This document shows, piece after piece, positions 1 to 10,259 of a stretch of DNA of 20,000 nt (its first letter is position 1; each line of letters starts with the position of its first letter). The notes under the pieces are model-generated. The model saw only the letters and a program-made list of their open reading frames with translations, had not been told where the DNA came from and did no database searches. The translations under genes were made by a program, and so were the position numbers. Source of the stretch: Chiloscyllium plagiosum. Lineage: Eukaryota. The stretch is taken from the NCBI RefSeq assembly GCF_004010195.1, contig NC_057718.1:37411952-37431951 (forward strand), written 5' to 3'.

Positions 1-338
1 TTCAGGAGCTTGGACAAGCTCACAGGGTCAGTCAGGATCAGAATTCTGTTTCACTGCAGTGCTGAGAGTGGGACAAATTCAGCACTGAAGGTCTCATGCA
101 ACAAGTATGGGGAATTATGGTCAGTCAGGCAGGGAGCTGTGCAGAAATCAGTCAGGAGTCCAGATACTCTTTAGTCAGAGCTGTCCATCCAAGTCAGTCA
201 CTGGGGGACGGGGGAATGGGACAGGGGTGGGGGGAACAGGATAGAAGATGGGAAGGGTGGACATGGCATGGGCAATAGTCAGTCCTGGGATTTAACTGAA
301 CGAAAGTCACCAGGAGCCATTGCTGTGAATAGGACATG

Positions 339-491
339 GATTTGGAGACGCCGGTGTTGGACTGGGGTGTACAAAGTTAAAAATCGCACAACACCAGGTT
401 ATAGTCCAACAGGTTTATTTGGAAGCACTAGCTTTCGGAGCACTGCTCCTTCATCAGGCGGACTATAACCTGGTGTTGTGTAATTTTTAAC
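339..491 (-). mobile_element. Short Penelope-like element (PLE) terminal-repeat insertion, family A, with an inverted partial copy
   Basis: 372-458 is nearly identical to 9568-9656, the end of the GIY-YIG-bearing PLE. 376-407 and 460-491 form a 32-bp inverted repeat with 2 mismatches. The left boundary is approximate and no clear TSD was seen. Confidence 0.8.
426..460 (-). ncRNA. Minimal type I hammerhead ribozyme motif (PLE family A)
   Basis: Minus strand reads cgc-CTGATGA-a-GGAGC-agt-GCTCC-GAAA-GCTA-gtg: intact core boxes, 5-bp stem II, palindromic AGCT stem III, and stem I cgc/gtg with one G-U pair. Confidence 0.75.
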
Positions 492-1589
492 ATTGGGAAA
501 TTGAGAAAGCCATTAATGAGGATTGGAACGAGCATGCTGAGCTGCAGAGGGACAGCAATTGTGAAAGGGGAAGCTCAGTATGTAAGTAGAGGAGAAGATA
601 ATGCATTTGATCACAAGAGTAGCTATGGGAGGGGAGTGCAGTAACCACCTTGACTTTGGTGGGTGGTGGAGCATGATGGTTGGCAATAGCTAAGCTGCAG
701 ATGTGGGACTCAGATTATAATGTTGGGAAATAAAGACGTAAATGAAAGAGTTCAGTGGGAATGTATGGAAGCTGATGGGCTTGATAGGGTGTACAAGGAA
801 GATAGAAACATGGATGTTCAGGGGGCTACTTAATTTCCAGGCTAAGCCTGTGACTCACTGTGTCAAGTGAGACCAACACTACATTCCATACTCAGATGAT
901 TTGTGAATGTACAATGGAAATGGAAAATGGCTGTGACTACAGATGGAGTGGAATCAGTGTTTATTGATCTGTCTGAGCTCACAAACTCTATTTGTAAGTG
1001 ATGTGGGGCCCTTTAAGGGGCAACTGGATTCAACAGACACTTACACAAGACAGACTGAAGCCATCTGTAACTATAATCCCCTGAGTGTAAAAGCACGTAG
1101 TGTTCAACAGTGTGGAATACAGATCCTGCCACAAGCAATCTTGACCATGCCATTGATCATTACAGAGTGATTGTAGTTATCTCTGTGAAATTAAAATAAA
1201 CACAGGTGACCTTAAAAATCTTCCCTGTAGGCCGCAATTTACAAAGGTAACGCATAATCTCTGAGGCTGTACAAGGGCATGGAGCTGATTTGCTCTCAAT
1301 TTAAATTGTCAACATTTGCCAACACGCTCTTCTATACAATTCCACCTTTCTTGGCTGATGTGGGAGGAACAAGGTACCAGGAGTCATTCAGCACTATTTG
1401 TGCTGCATAGATCAGCGTAAGGTTACAGGTCCATATCAAGCCAATCCATGGTGCTCCTGCCAGAGTCCTCTACGTCCCTCTGTACTGGAGATTATGCTAA
1501 ACCATCACTTGTGTAAAATGTGAATCCTGTTTGAGTCTGTTCTGTTTCTGATATTCCCTACACAGGATCACTGTAATTGTATCCAGTGG

Positions 1590-2100
1590 ATCCAGCCACA
1601 GCAGGGGTTCTTGTTGCTGTTGCTGTGATGCAATGGAGGCAGGGGGAAGAGGAGGAGGAACAGATGAGCCAGCAAGCCCACTACCAGCAGCAACTTCCAG
1701 TGGCTGCCCAACTGCCTCCACACGAAGAGATCAGGAACTGCAGAACCTATCGTCCTTGATGTCATTTCCTTTGGGTAAATGAGGTGTGATATTGCCTCAG
1801 ATGGAGGTTGTCCTGGGACAGTGTGACTGAGCCATCTGCAGGAGTAGGACCTGTGACCTGAAAGGCTGGTTGACCTTCCTATCCCAGTGGCTGTTCAAAG
1901 TGCTAACTGGTCGTGCAAACCAGCTCCTTCCAAGGATGCACTGGGGACACATGTGGGATCTCTCAATCCTCAGCACTCAGAGGTATCAAGGCTATTACCG
2001 AGGCAATTTGTGCCAGATCACACGGCTTCACCTCACTTCCTTCTGACGGGGTCAGTGCCACAGTATGGGTAGTAGGATTTGCCTGCATTACCAGCCAATG
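1590..2100 (+). pseudogene. Decayed PIF/Harbinger transposase (HARBI1-like) N-terminal half
   Basis: 1913-2101 translates to TSSFQGCTGDTCGISQSSALRGIKAITEAICAR...GFACI, matching the Harbinger HTH motif (GSFQ..GD..GISQS.V...I..VT.A). Upstream are RTYRP..., LRWRLSWDSVTE and PIPVAV, interrupted by stops and frameshifts. The DDE catalytic part is absent. Confidence 0.8.
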
Positions 2101-2271
2101 ATCCCCCAGATGTAGAATACTGAAGACTGTACGCACACTGTATTGAGAATGATATTATCATAATAGAACTGACCTCTTCAACAGGAAATGGTTCCATTCC
2201 ATCACTGTACAATTTGAATGCAATACAAAGCTGGAATAAAACATGTTAGCCTAATTGTGACCATGCAGCCA

Positions 2272-2545
2272 CTCTCAAAATGTGAGCTCTGCTTTCCCTC
2301 CTCAGATGCTGCCAGGCCTTCTGAGTTTCTCCAGCAATTTCTGTTTTTTTCATGTCTTTCAGACCTTTATGCTAATTACATTCCCTTTATTTATACAACC
2401 AGTTACTTCTGCAAAAATAATCTCTTCACAAAACAATTAATTGGTTGCCCTTGTTGAATCCAGACATTTCTAAATGCTTGAGTAAAATACAACAAATGCT
2501 GAAAATCTGAGGGTGAAACACAGAACGCTGGAAATACAGTACTCA
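2272..2545. mobile_element. Two degraded PLE-type terminal-repeat fragments in opposite orientation (about 2272-2365 + and about 2490-2545 -)
   Basis: cagatgctgccaggccttctgagtttctccagcaatttctgttttt resembles the family B repeat at 7036-7088. aaatgctgaaaatctga...cagaacgctggaaatac is the reverse-orientation counterpart. The ribozyme core is lost. Confidence 0.55.
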
Positions 2546-2826
2546 TTAGTTTTGAATGTTTGCTGATTTTATCTCAAAATAAATATCAAAGACCTTTCCT
2601 ACAATTGATGAACTACTCCATAACTATCTGATATAATGGCACTTCTTGAACCTTTGAAAGAGGTTTTTTATAAATAATTTGTTTGTACATGTTGTTTTGT
2701 TCTGTGCTGTAATAGAAAAAGAGTACTAAAAATACAGCTCAATTGACATCTGAAACAGAATAAGAATTTTAATAAATAGGAAAAGGCCAATAAAATGTCA
2801 AACCCTTTTAGTCTTTATTAACTTAC

Positions 2827-2905
2827 CTTCTCCTGTCATCCCTAATTAAGGTCCTTGTGAGCCGTCCTCCCATGTAGAATATTAAAAACAGCATCTTCAC
2901 ATGCA
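2827..2905 (-). other. Candidate 79-nt exon of an unidentified host transcript
   Basis: Acceptor gtttcctactttcag and consensus donor AAG|gtaagt. One frame is fully open (HVKMLFLIFYMGGRLTRTLIRDDRR); another gives ACEDAVFNILHGRTAHKDLN*. No homology recognised. Confidence 0.35.
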
Positions 2906-3190
2906 CTGAAAGTAGGAAACACATAGTTGGAGAATCAAAATGCTTAAAATGTTTCATGTGCTAGTATGTCTGTGTTGTGGTATTTTGTCTAAAGGTTGCA
3001 GGCTTTGGCTGGAATGTGATTAAATGTTTTCCAACTGTGATTCTAAACATCATTTTACAAGCAATATTTTCCATTATGTCTTTTCTCTCATGCTCAACAA
3101 ATATTAAATAACATTAATTTATTCAGCTCATAGATAGGTTCCAAACAATGCCAATACTGGTATCTCTTTCAATTGGCCAATACTGAGATT

Positions 3191-3344
3191 CTGGATTAGA
3201 GTGGTGCTGGAAAAGCACAGCAGTTCAGGCAGCATCCGAGGAGCAGGAAAATCGAAGTTTCGGGCAAAAGCCCTTCATCAGGAATACAGGCAGAGTGCCT
3301 GAAGGCTGAAGAGATAGCAGCATCTGCAGTCATTGTTTTTACAG
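3191..3344 (-). mobile_element. Short PLE terminal-repeat insertion, family B, with TSD
   Basis: Flanked by the exact direct repeat tactgagatt (3181-3190 and 3345-3354). 3205-3285 is similar to 6929-7008. The end segment cagcatctgcagtc (about 3318-3331) also occurs at 7099-7112 and is in the opposite orientation to the ribozyme-bearing part. Confidence 0.85.
3251..3284 (-). ncRNA. Minimal hammerhead ribozyme motif, stem III mutated (PLE family B)
   Basis: Minus strand reads ttc-CTGATGA-a-GGGC-tttt-GCCC-GAAA-CTTC-gat. The core and stem II are intact, but the ACGT palindrome of the sister copy is ACTT here. Confidence 0.65.
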
Positions 3345-5470
3345 TACTGAGATTGGAAACTATAATAGTTTTGTATTAAAAAGGCATCCCCCAAGTTTGC
3401 TTTCAATTGAAGATCATCTCTTCATTTCATTGCAATTTTTCAAAGCTCACAGAACTGAGGAAAAATTGGCCATTCAGTCCAATCATTGTACTCCAGGATG
3501 GCCTGCACTCCACGTATTTTGGTTACTGCACCAGGACTGATGAAAGCAGATGTTTAAAAGTATATGCACAGCCATGAAATGAGAATTATTTTCAGAATAT
3601 ACTCATGGGGCGAGGGCTGCTCTTTGTGCACTGCCAACAGGTAACAGAAAATCATAGGTAATGCAATGCAAATTCAGAAAATTGTGCCTATATGAACAGT
3701 CAGATATCTGCTCAAAACTGTTCCTTCAGCAAACCATATGCAATGTGCCTATCATGGACCTAGCCCAGACTCCTTTGGGAAGTGAATAATCAAAGGTTAA
3801 AGACTGTGGAAAATAAAACGCTGTGAAATGTCTCTCTGACCTCTAAAGGAAATTGAATAAAACTGTCAGAGTTCAGTACAACACTATGACTCATAGCACT
3901 CAACCCTGACAAGGTGCAGCCCATATATATCAGTACCCAACCCCCGCCCCAGACCAATAACACAAAAATTCCACAATACTCAGTCATCTAGATCCATTCT
4001 TATCCCAGCGTTGAAAGATATTGTTGTATTTAAACAGTCATTTAATGTGGGATTGTTATATCTAAAAGAGCACATATTGTCACAGTTTAGTGAAGCAGAA
4101 ATAACAGACAGATCTTGATGTCCTCCCTCAAGGTCCATTCAGACATGCTGGACCCCAGATGAGTGCACTACTGGCAGCAGCCACTGTCTTCCCAGTGGCA
4201 CAGCTGAGCAAAGCACTGCTGTTGGAATCTCTTGGTGATTCTGAGGTCCCTGAGGTCCTTCAACCCAGGAAAGACATCTTGCCACCCAGTTAAGAACCTT
4301 ATTTGCAGTAACAAGCCTTCCTCAAAGGAGGCAACACAGGGCTCATCAACTTTCCAGACAGCGGATGGATTCCCATCACCTCCATTAAACACTGACTGTC
4401 TTTTATCCCTGTTGTGGGATGCCCTACTATATGTGCCACTCAAAACAGCTGTACAGAATCCATATTGAATAATTGTTACAGCTCAGTATAACCACAGCAC
4501 AATTCTGGACCCAATCACATCTTTCGGAAAACAAGACCGACTGGGTGATTTGGAATTAGAACTCCCTTTAAATATTAAAGAGAGCCCTGGAAACCAAATC
4601 CAAAGGAGCAACGTAAAAGGAGTGATGGGCCAGCTGAGGACCCATTCCAGGCCGTTCTGTTGGTGAAGACCAAGTGCACAATTCCCTCATTGCAGCACAC
4701 ACCTTTTGTGAACATGATAGTCTAATTCTTGATCTAAAGGCAGGGAAAATCTACATGGCTTTCCGAGTGATAAGCTTCAGATTAATGTGAACTCTCCATT
4801 TTTTTCCAAAGGCATTTCATTTTACAGACAACCATCCTGAGGAAATCATGGCAACATACCGAGTAATTTAGAACTCCCAGAGCTGTCTGGTGATTCTTGT
4901 TTTGAAAAGGAGAGCTCAAATTTAAAATGAAAGGAATATAAATGCTAAAAGTAGACAAGAGTGACTTGCACTTAAAAGAAATATAAACTGATATTTTGGA
5001 TTTAATCAGCCAGCAGAATATTTTATTAAATGCCTACAAAGAAAGAATTTTTGCTTGCACCAATTCAATGTTCAGTTGTGTGTAAATTTGAGTTTTGACG
5101 TTTACAAAGAAAGTTATTGAAGATCTGGGCCCATATTTTTATGCAGTCATGACAACTCCCCAGAATTTTATGAGTAGCAGGTGTATCCCAAAGGAGATAG
5201 GTTTTGGGGCGGGACTCACACATGAGAGGCACCTGAACATTGCTGAATTGTTTGAAGTTGGTACTGAGTTCAAACAGACCCCATTTTCACTGTAGAAAAG
5301 GCTCTAACTTGTTGTACGGCAGTCACAATTTTTAGAGTAGATGCAGATGCTCTTGAAAGATAAATAAGGTAGGTTCAACCATTATGATGTAGTTATTTAA
5401 TTCTCCCCACCTTTAAAAAGGAACATACTGAATGCAGCTGTGAGAATTTTTTTAAAAAGTCCAGCAGTTA

Positions 5471-6122
5471 GTCATAGAGTTGTACAGCATGGAAACAGAC
5501 CTTACAGTCCAACTCTTCCAGGCTGACCAGATATCCAAACCTAATCTAGTCCTATTTACAGGATTTGGCCCATATCCTTCTAAACCCTTCTTATTCATAT
5601 ACTCATCTAGACGTCTTTTATATGTTGTAATTGGATCAGCCTCCAACACTTTCTCTGGCAGCTCATTCTATACACACACCATCCTCTGTGTGAAAAAGTT
5701 GCCCCTTAGGTCCCTTTTAAATCTTTCCCTTCTCACCTTAAACCTATGCCCCCTAGTTTTGGACTCTCCCACCCCAGGGCAAAGATCTTATCTATTTACC
5801 CAATCAATGCTCCTCATAATTTTATAAACCCCTTTAAGGTCCTCCCTCAGCCTCCAACATCTCAGGGAAAGCAGCCCCAGCCTATTCAGCCTTGCCCTGT
5901 AGTTCAATCCTTCTGATTGTGGCAACATCCTTGTAAATCTTTTCTGAACTCTTTCAAGTTTCACAACATTCTTCCTATTTAAGGGAGACAAGAATTGCAC
6001 GCAGTATTTCAAAAGTGACCTAACCAATGTCTGCAACCTGATCTCCCAGCTCCTGTACTCAATACACTGACCAATAAAAACAAACATACCAAATGCCTTC
6101 TTTACTATTCTGTCTACCTGCA
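5471..6122 (-). mobile_element. CR1-clade LINE, 5'-truncated 3' end (ORF2 C-terminus + 3' UTR), HER1-like
   Basis: Minus-strand ORFs QVDRIVKKAFGMFVFIGQCIEYRS..LVRSLLKYCVQFLSP..LERVQKRFTRMLP..RLNRLGLLSL..LREDL..VYKIM and EADPITTYKRRLDEYMNKKGLEGYG are typical CR1 ORF2. The tail ends ...actctatgac. Possible TSD cagcagtta (5462-5470) / caccagtta (6123-6131). Confidence 0.92.
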
Positions 6123-6916
6123 CACCAGTTACAATAGCATTTTGTTAATGTTTCTTCAGGAACTGTCATTGTATTATTGTGAATGCTTAGCTACTTTCCA
6201 CAAGCCATAAATATCTCAGGAGGGATCCTATGTTCACAGTTTGATTGACAGCTCAAAGAAGTTATTAAAAAAATAATCTTTATTGATCTGAAGTCCTGAG
6301 TGAAAGTTTGTTTGTTTCCTAAGTGAATAAGCACTTGAGATTTCAATGTTTTGAATGGGCTTTCATGAATGTACATGTATTTTACCCACTGCACCGTAAG
6401 ATCTCTTTTAGATGATTAGATCATTCTTCAATATTCTAATCAACTGATACCAGTATTACTGCTAGAAATCTATTTAGAATGTTGGCAGGTGGATATTCAG
6501 TATTGGTTCTCTATCATCATCATCATGTTTCCCATGTGTCGAGGGTGAAACAATTGGGTGGGAATCAAAATATGAGGCAGACTGTATCTTTCACTTTTAA
6601 TGAATTCACGGGATGTGGGTTTTGCTGGCTAGGTCAGCAATTATCACCCATCCCTCATCACCCAGAAGGCAGTAAAGTGTCAACCACAATGCTGTGGGTC
6701 TGGAGTCACACTTAAGCCAAACCAGGTAAGGACAGCAGTTCCCTCCCGTAAATGATGTTAGTGAACCAGATGCTTTTTTTTCTAACCATTAATAATAGTT
6801 CCCGGTCATCGTTATACCTTAAATCTGGATTTTTTATTCAACTTAACTTCTACCATCTGCCATGGCAGGATTAAAATCTGGATCCCCACATCATTACCTG
6901 GGTCTCTGGATTAATA

Positions 6917-7124
6917 CTGAAAATGTGTTGCTGGAAAAGCGCAGCAGGTCAGGCAGCATCCAAAGAGCAGGAGAATCGACGTTTCGGGCTGAGCCCTTCT
7001 TCAGGAATCATGAATCATGAATTCAGGAATCAGGATGCTCTTTGGATGCTGTCTGACCTGCTGCGCTTTTCCAGCAACACATTTTCAGCTCTGATCTCCA
7101 GCATCTGCAGTCCTCACTTTCTCC
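6917..7124. mobile_element. Short PLE terminal-repeat insertion, family B, fold-back structure with 14-bp TSD
   Basis: Exact TSD tctctggattaata (6903-6916 and 7125-7138). A 53-bp inverted repeat, 6917-6969 vs 7036-7088 with 1 mismatch, encloses the hammerhead motif. Confidence 0.9.
6973..7009 (-). ncRNA. Minimal type I hammerhead ribozyme motif (PLE family B)
   Basis: Minus strand reads gattc-CTGAAGA-a-GGGC-tca-GCCC-GAAA-CGTC-gattc: CUGANGA and GAAA boxes, 4-bp stem II, palindromic ACGT stem III with a GUC cleavage triplet, and stem I with 4 of 5 positions paired. Confidence 0.8.
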
Positions 7125-7568
7125 TCTCTGGATTAATAGTCTAGCAATAGTACCATGATGTCAGCTACAAGCAACTCTCTCAAAACTTCTTTCTGAATAA
7201 TGCAGCAATCCCTGCTTCGTGAATGCGACGTAGTTTAATATTTCATACTCTGTGAGAAAACTGCAGCCTGTTTAACCTTTGTAAGGGACTCAGAGGGTTC
7301 CAGATGCAAGGGAGTTGCCCACCAAAATCTCAAATTCCTAGGACATTCCCATGCAGTCAGTTGCATTAAGGATTCTACATGGTTCAATTTACAACTCCAG
7401 TATATGCTGTTCTTACAACCTATGTGGCCATCAGAATATCTGTGCCAAAAAATAAAAGGACATAACTATAGTCCGTTATGAAAATTTGCTCATGACCCTG
7501 ATGAGGCAGTTGCTCACAATAATTAGAGTCTACCACATTCGGTAGAATTGAAACTTCATCTGAAAAAT

Positions 7569-7765
7569 AAAGATTTCCATTTATATCATGCTTTCCATGA
7601 CTACTGAATATCTCAAAATATTTTACAGTCAACGAAGTACTTTCAAAGTATCATCATATTTAGAATGTGGGGAATGTTGTATATGAGTCTTAAAGGATTA
7701 ATATCTGAAAGAGTGCCATTAACATTCTCCACTGTGGTACACTGAGATACAAAGTCAGTCTGAAG
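7569..7765 (-). mobile_element. Old DeuSINE (SacSINE1/AmnSINE1-like) fragment, 3' tail plus degraded body
   Basis: aaagatttccatttatatcatgctttccatgac...aaaatattttacagtcaacgaagtactttcaaagt matches the reverse complement of the recalled DeuSINE tail (...aagtacttcattggctgtaaagcgctttgggac...gaaaggcgctatataaatgcaagtcttt). Confidence 0.6.
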
Positions 7766-8699
7766 CAATCATTGGAGATGTCAAAATATTCTTGTAATCT
7801 GTATATTTTTTACAGCATTGCAATATAATTTCTTATTATTGACTTGATCTAATTCTTGAGATCTGTTCTAGTCAGAGCAAAGATGTCTCGTCTACATCAA
7901 ACCACAACTGGCAGGAGTGGTTCCAAAATGGTGGTGACAGTTGGTAGCATTGGGTTCTTCAGCGAAACCCAAAGTGCTGAGGATGTGGTGACATCGAACC
8001 CATGAAGAAAATAATCATGACAGAATGGAATAAAAATGTCAGACCTAAAACAGAGAGGCCAAAGAAGCTCCAAGGCAAAGGAACAGGCTTCATTATGTGA
8101 GATTCAGTCTGCAAGACGGTCATTAGTCCACCCTTTTGCGTGAATGAACTAAACAGTAATCAAAGACAAAAAAATACCGTGGAATAAGATGAAAGACTCT
8201 AATAGCAACACAGTAAAACTGGACTGAAAGATTCAAAATCCTTTGCAGTTCTGATTGACACTGCTGCCATTACACATGGGAAACATGAGGCAAAAACAGA
8301 GTAAGATTTTCCTAAAGAGTTAGGCAAATGGACTCAGTATTTCTGCAAATTAAATAAAGAAAATCCTTGTCTTGCAGAAAGATCTTTTCAAGGGGAAAGG
8401 AAACTGCAGCAAAAGTCATAGGAGCAAAGAAAACCTCTGTGACAGTGAAAGGAATGGGAAAACCTCTAAGACTGCAAAAGTTAAAACAAAAATGAATAAG
8501 CATACATAGAAAGTAGAGAAAGGCATGGCATCCAAATTCTCACGAACAGAAAGATTTAATTACAGAAATGGAGGAGACAACCTTTAAGGTACAGAATGGC
8601 CCCAAAGTTAGACAAGATTAAAACAGCACAAATTAATGCATCTCGTGACGCTGTTGTGATCATGGTAAAATACGAACTTTTACATTTCAAGTTCCACCT

Positions 8700-8903
8700 T
8701 CTGTGCCACAGGATCTTGTGCATTTTTGCGACAGGGCATTTGAGACATCTGTTTAACGTCTCATCTGCACGACAACATCTCCACCAGTCTAGCATTCCTT
8801 CAGCAGTACAGAAAGTGTCCATATGAATTTTGTGTTCAAACTCTATAGTGAGATTTGAAAGTGGTAGTTAGTGATTCAGAGACAATGGTGGATCACTGAG
8901 CTA
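8700..8903 (-). mobile_element. Old DeuSINE (SacSINE1-like) 5' part
   Basis: Minus strand has the A-box tagctcagtga, then ctgaaggaatgctagactggtggagatgttgtcgtgcagatgagacgttaaacaga...aagatcctgtggcac, matching the recalled Deu domain (gagtgctgcactgtcggaggtgccgtctttcggatgagacgttaaaccga...aagatcccatggcac). Confidence 0.65.
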
Positions 8904-9623
8904 TGTTTGACATCTTTGACATGTAGGCCAACTGGGCATTTGAGCGAGAGTCTATTTTCCCCCAAAAGGCAATTAGTTAACCAGCATGATTCATTGATAT
9001 TTATTTCTTCATCAATAATCATTAGATTTATTGAATTCAATTTCATCACTTGCCATAGTAGGATACATAGCTATGGATCTGGACTCGTGGTGGCTGGAGG
9101 AGGCTAGCAGCAGCAATCAGTTTGAAATTGTTGGTAAGTAACAAATGCATGCATGAAATTAAATATGCTAGCTTGAAATTGGAGTTATTTCCATATTGCC
9201 AGTAGGCTACTAATGCCTCTATGCAATATTCAGCCATTCACAGCTTTCAAAAATGTCCTGGTCAAAGGAAGAGGGCACCTGGTTGATAATGACGAAGAAA
9301 ACTATAGACTATAGGAAGACATCAATGAATTAGTTGGGTTTGGTGGAACAGAATTCAGTTCAGAGAAGTGTGAGGTAACACATTCGATGAAGGCTAAAAA
9401 TACAAGGGAATACATGGAGCGGCACAATGGCCTCACAGAGCCAGGGGCCTAGGTTCAATTCGGGCAACTGTCTGTGTGGAGTTTGCAAGTTCTACCTGTG
9501 CCTGCGTGAGTTTCTTCCGGATACTCCGGTTTCCTCCCACAGTCCAAAGATGTGTAGACTAGGTGGACAAAGTTAAAAATCACACAACACCGGGTTATAG
9601 TCCAACAGGTTTAATTGGAAGCA

Positions 9624-9658
9624 CACTAGCTTTCGGAGCGACGCTCCTTCATCAGGTG
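9624..9658 (-). ncRNA. Minimal type I hammerhead ribozyme motif (PLE family A)
   Basis: Minus strand reads cac-CTGATGA-a-GGAGC-gtc-GCTCC-GAAA-GCTA-gtg: perfect stem I cac/gtg, 5-bp stem II, AGCT palindrome and a CUA cleavage triplet. Confidence 0.82.
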
Positions 9659-10063
9659 ATTGTGGAGGGCTCGATCATAACACAGAATTTATAGCAAAAA
9701 TTTGCAGTGTGATGTAACTGAAATTATACATTGAAGAATTGATTGTCTGTTGAGCCTTTCATCTGTTAGAATACAGTGATAGTTTCACTTCTTTCATGTG
9801 TAAGTCACAAAACCCTTTTTTTAAAGTTGCATTCTCGGGTTAGCTGTTAACAATGGTGATAGCTAGACGATGTGTTGAAGGTGTTAGCCCCCTGTGTTCT
9901 CTGTCTATGACCTGATGTTTAGATTGATTCCAATCTAAAAAGTGAAATAACAGAGTTTTACATAAATTCATGCAGTCTTTGAGCTCAGAGTTCAACATGA
10001 ATCAATGTGGTTTTTGAGCAAAGTGCAATATAACTTCGTACCAAAAAAATTCACCACACACAA

Positions 10064-10247
10064 TATATATGTGTGCATGTGGGTCTTTGTCTGTCTGTGT
10101 GTCTGTCTGGGGTGGGGGTTATGAGTGTGAGAAAGTGTGTGTGTGTATTGAGTGCAGAGTGTCTTAAGTCTGTGAGGGGGTGCATGTGTGGGAATGTGTG
10201 TGTCTAGTGTGTGTGTGTGTAGGAATATCTGTGTGTGTGTGTGTGTA
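10064..10247. repeat. Degenerate (TG)n/(CA)n microsatellite-rich tract in the PLE 3' UTR
   Basis: Interrupted tg runs, e.g. tgtgtgtgtgtgtgtgt at about 10230-10246. Confidence 0.85.
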
Positions 10248-10259
10248 GTGCAATGGTGA

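Larger units (their letters stand above)
6595..7163 (-). mobile_element. tRNA-derived SINE with LINE-derived 3' tail, interrupted by the PLE insertion at 6917-7124
   Basis: Degenerate A/B-box head (tgacatcatggtactattgctagactattaatccagag...tttaatcctgccatggcagatgg), body catctggttcactaacatcatttacgggaggg...gtgactccagacccacagc, and tail gatgggtgataattgctgacctagccagcaaaacccacatcccgtgaa similar to 11800-11875. The sequence is continuous across the TSD. Confidence 0.75.

Noticed and set aside
96..278. Possible Myb/SANT exon of the neighbouring Harbinger element
   Set aside because: The conserved W...R...QC..W/F pattern is not recoverable.
3537..3560. CTGATGA-aagca-ga-tgttt-AAAA, hammerhead-like
   Set aside because: The GAAA box lacks its G, and there is no stem I/III or PLE repeat context. 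Chance or too decayed to call.
5480..5827. 115-aa plus-strand ORF
   Set aside because: Antisense to the CR1 ORF2 remnant.
6917..7124. DNA-transposon MITE
   Set aside because: The inverted arms are not symmetric at the termini, the TSD is 14 bp, and the sequence is a hammerhead-bearing repeat, which fits a PLE origin.
7498..7520. CTGATGA-ggca-gt-tgct hairpin
   Set aside because: No GAAA box follows.
9020..9095. Short fragment resembling the SINE head at 6830-6900
   Set aside because: Too short and diverged to annotate confidently.
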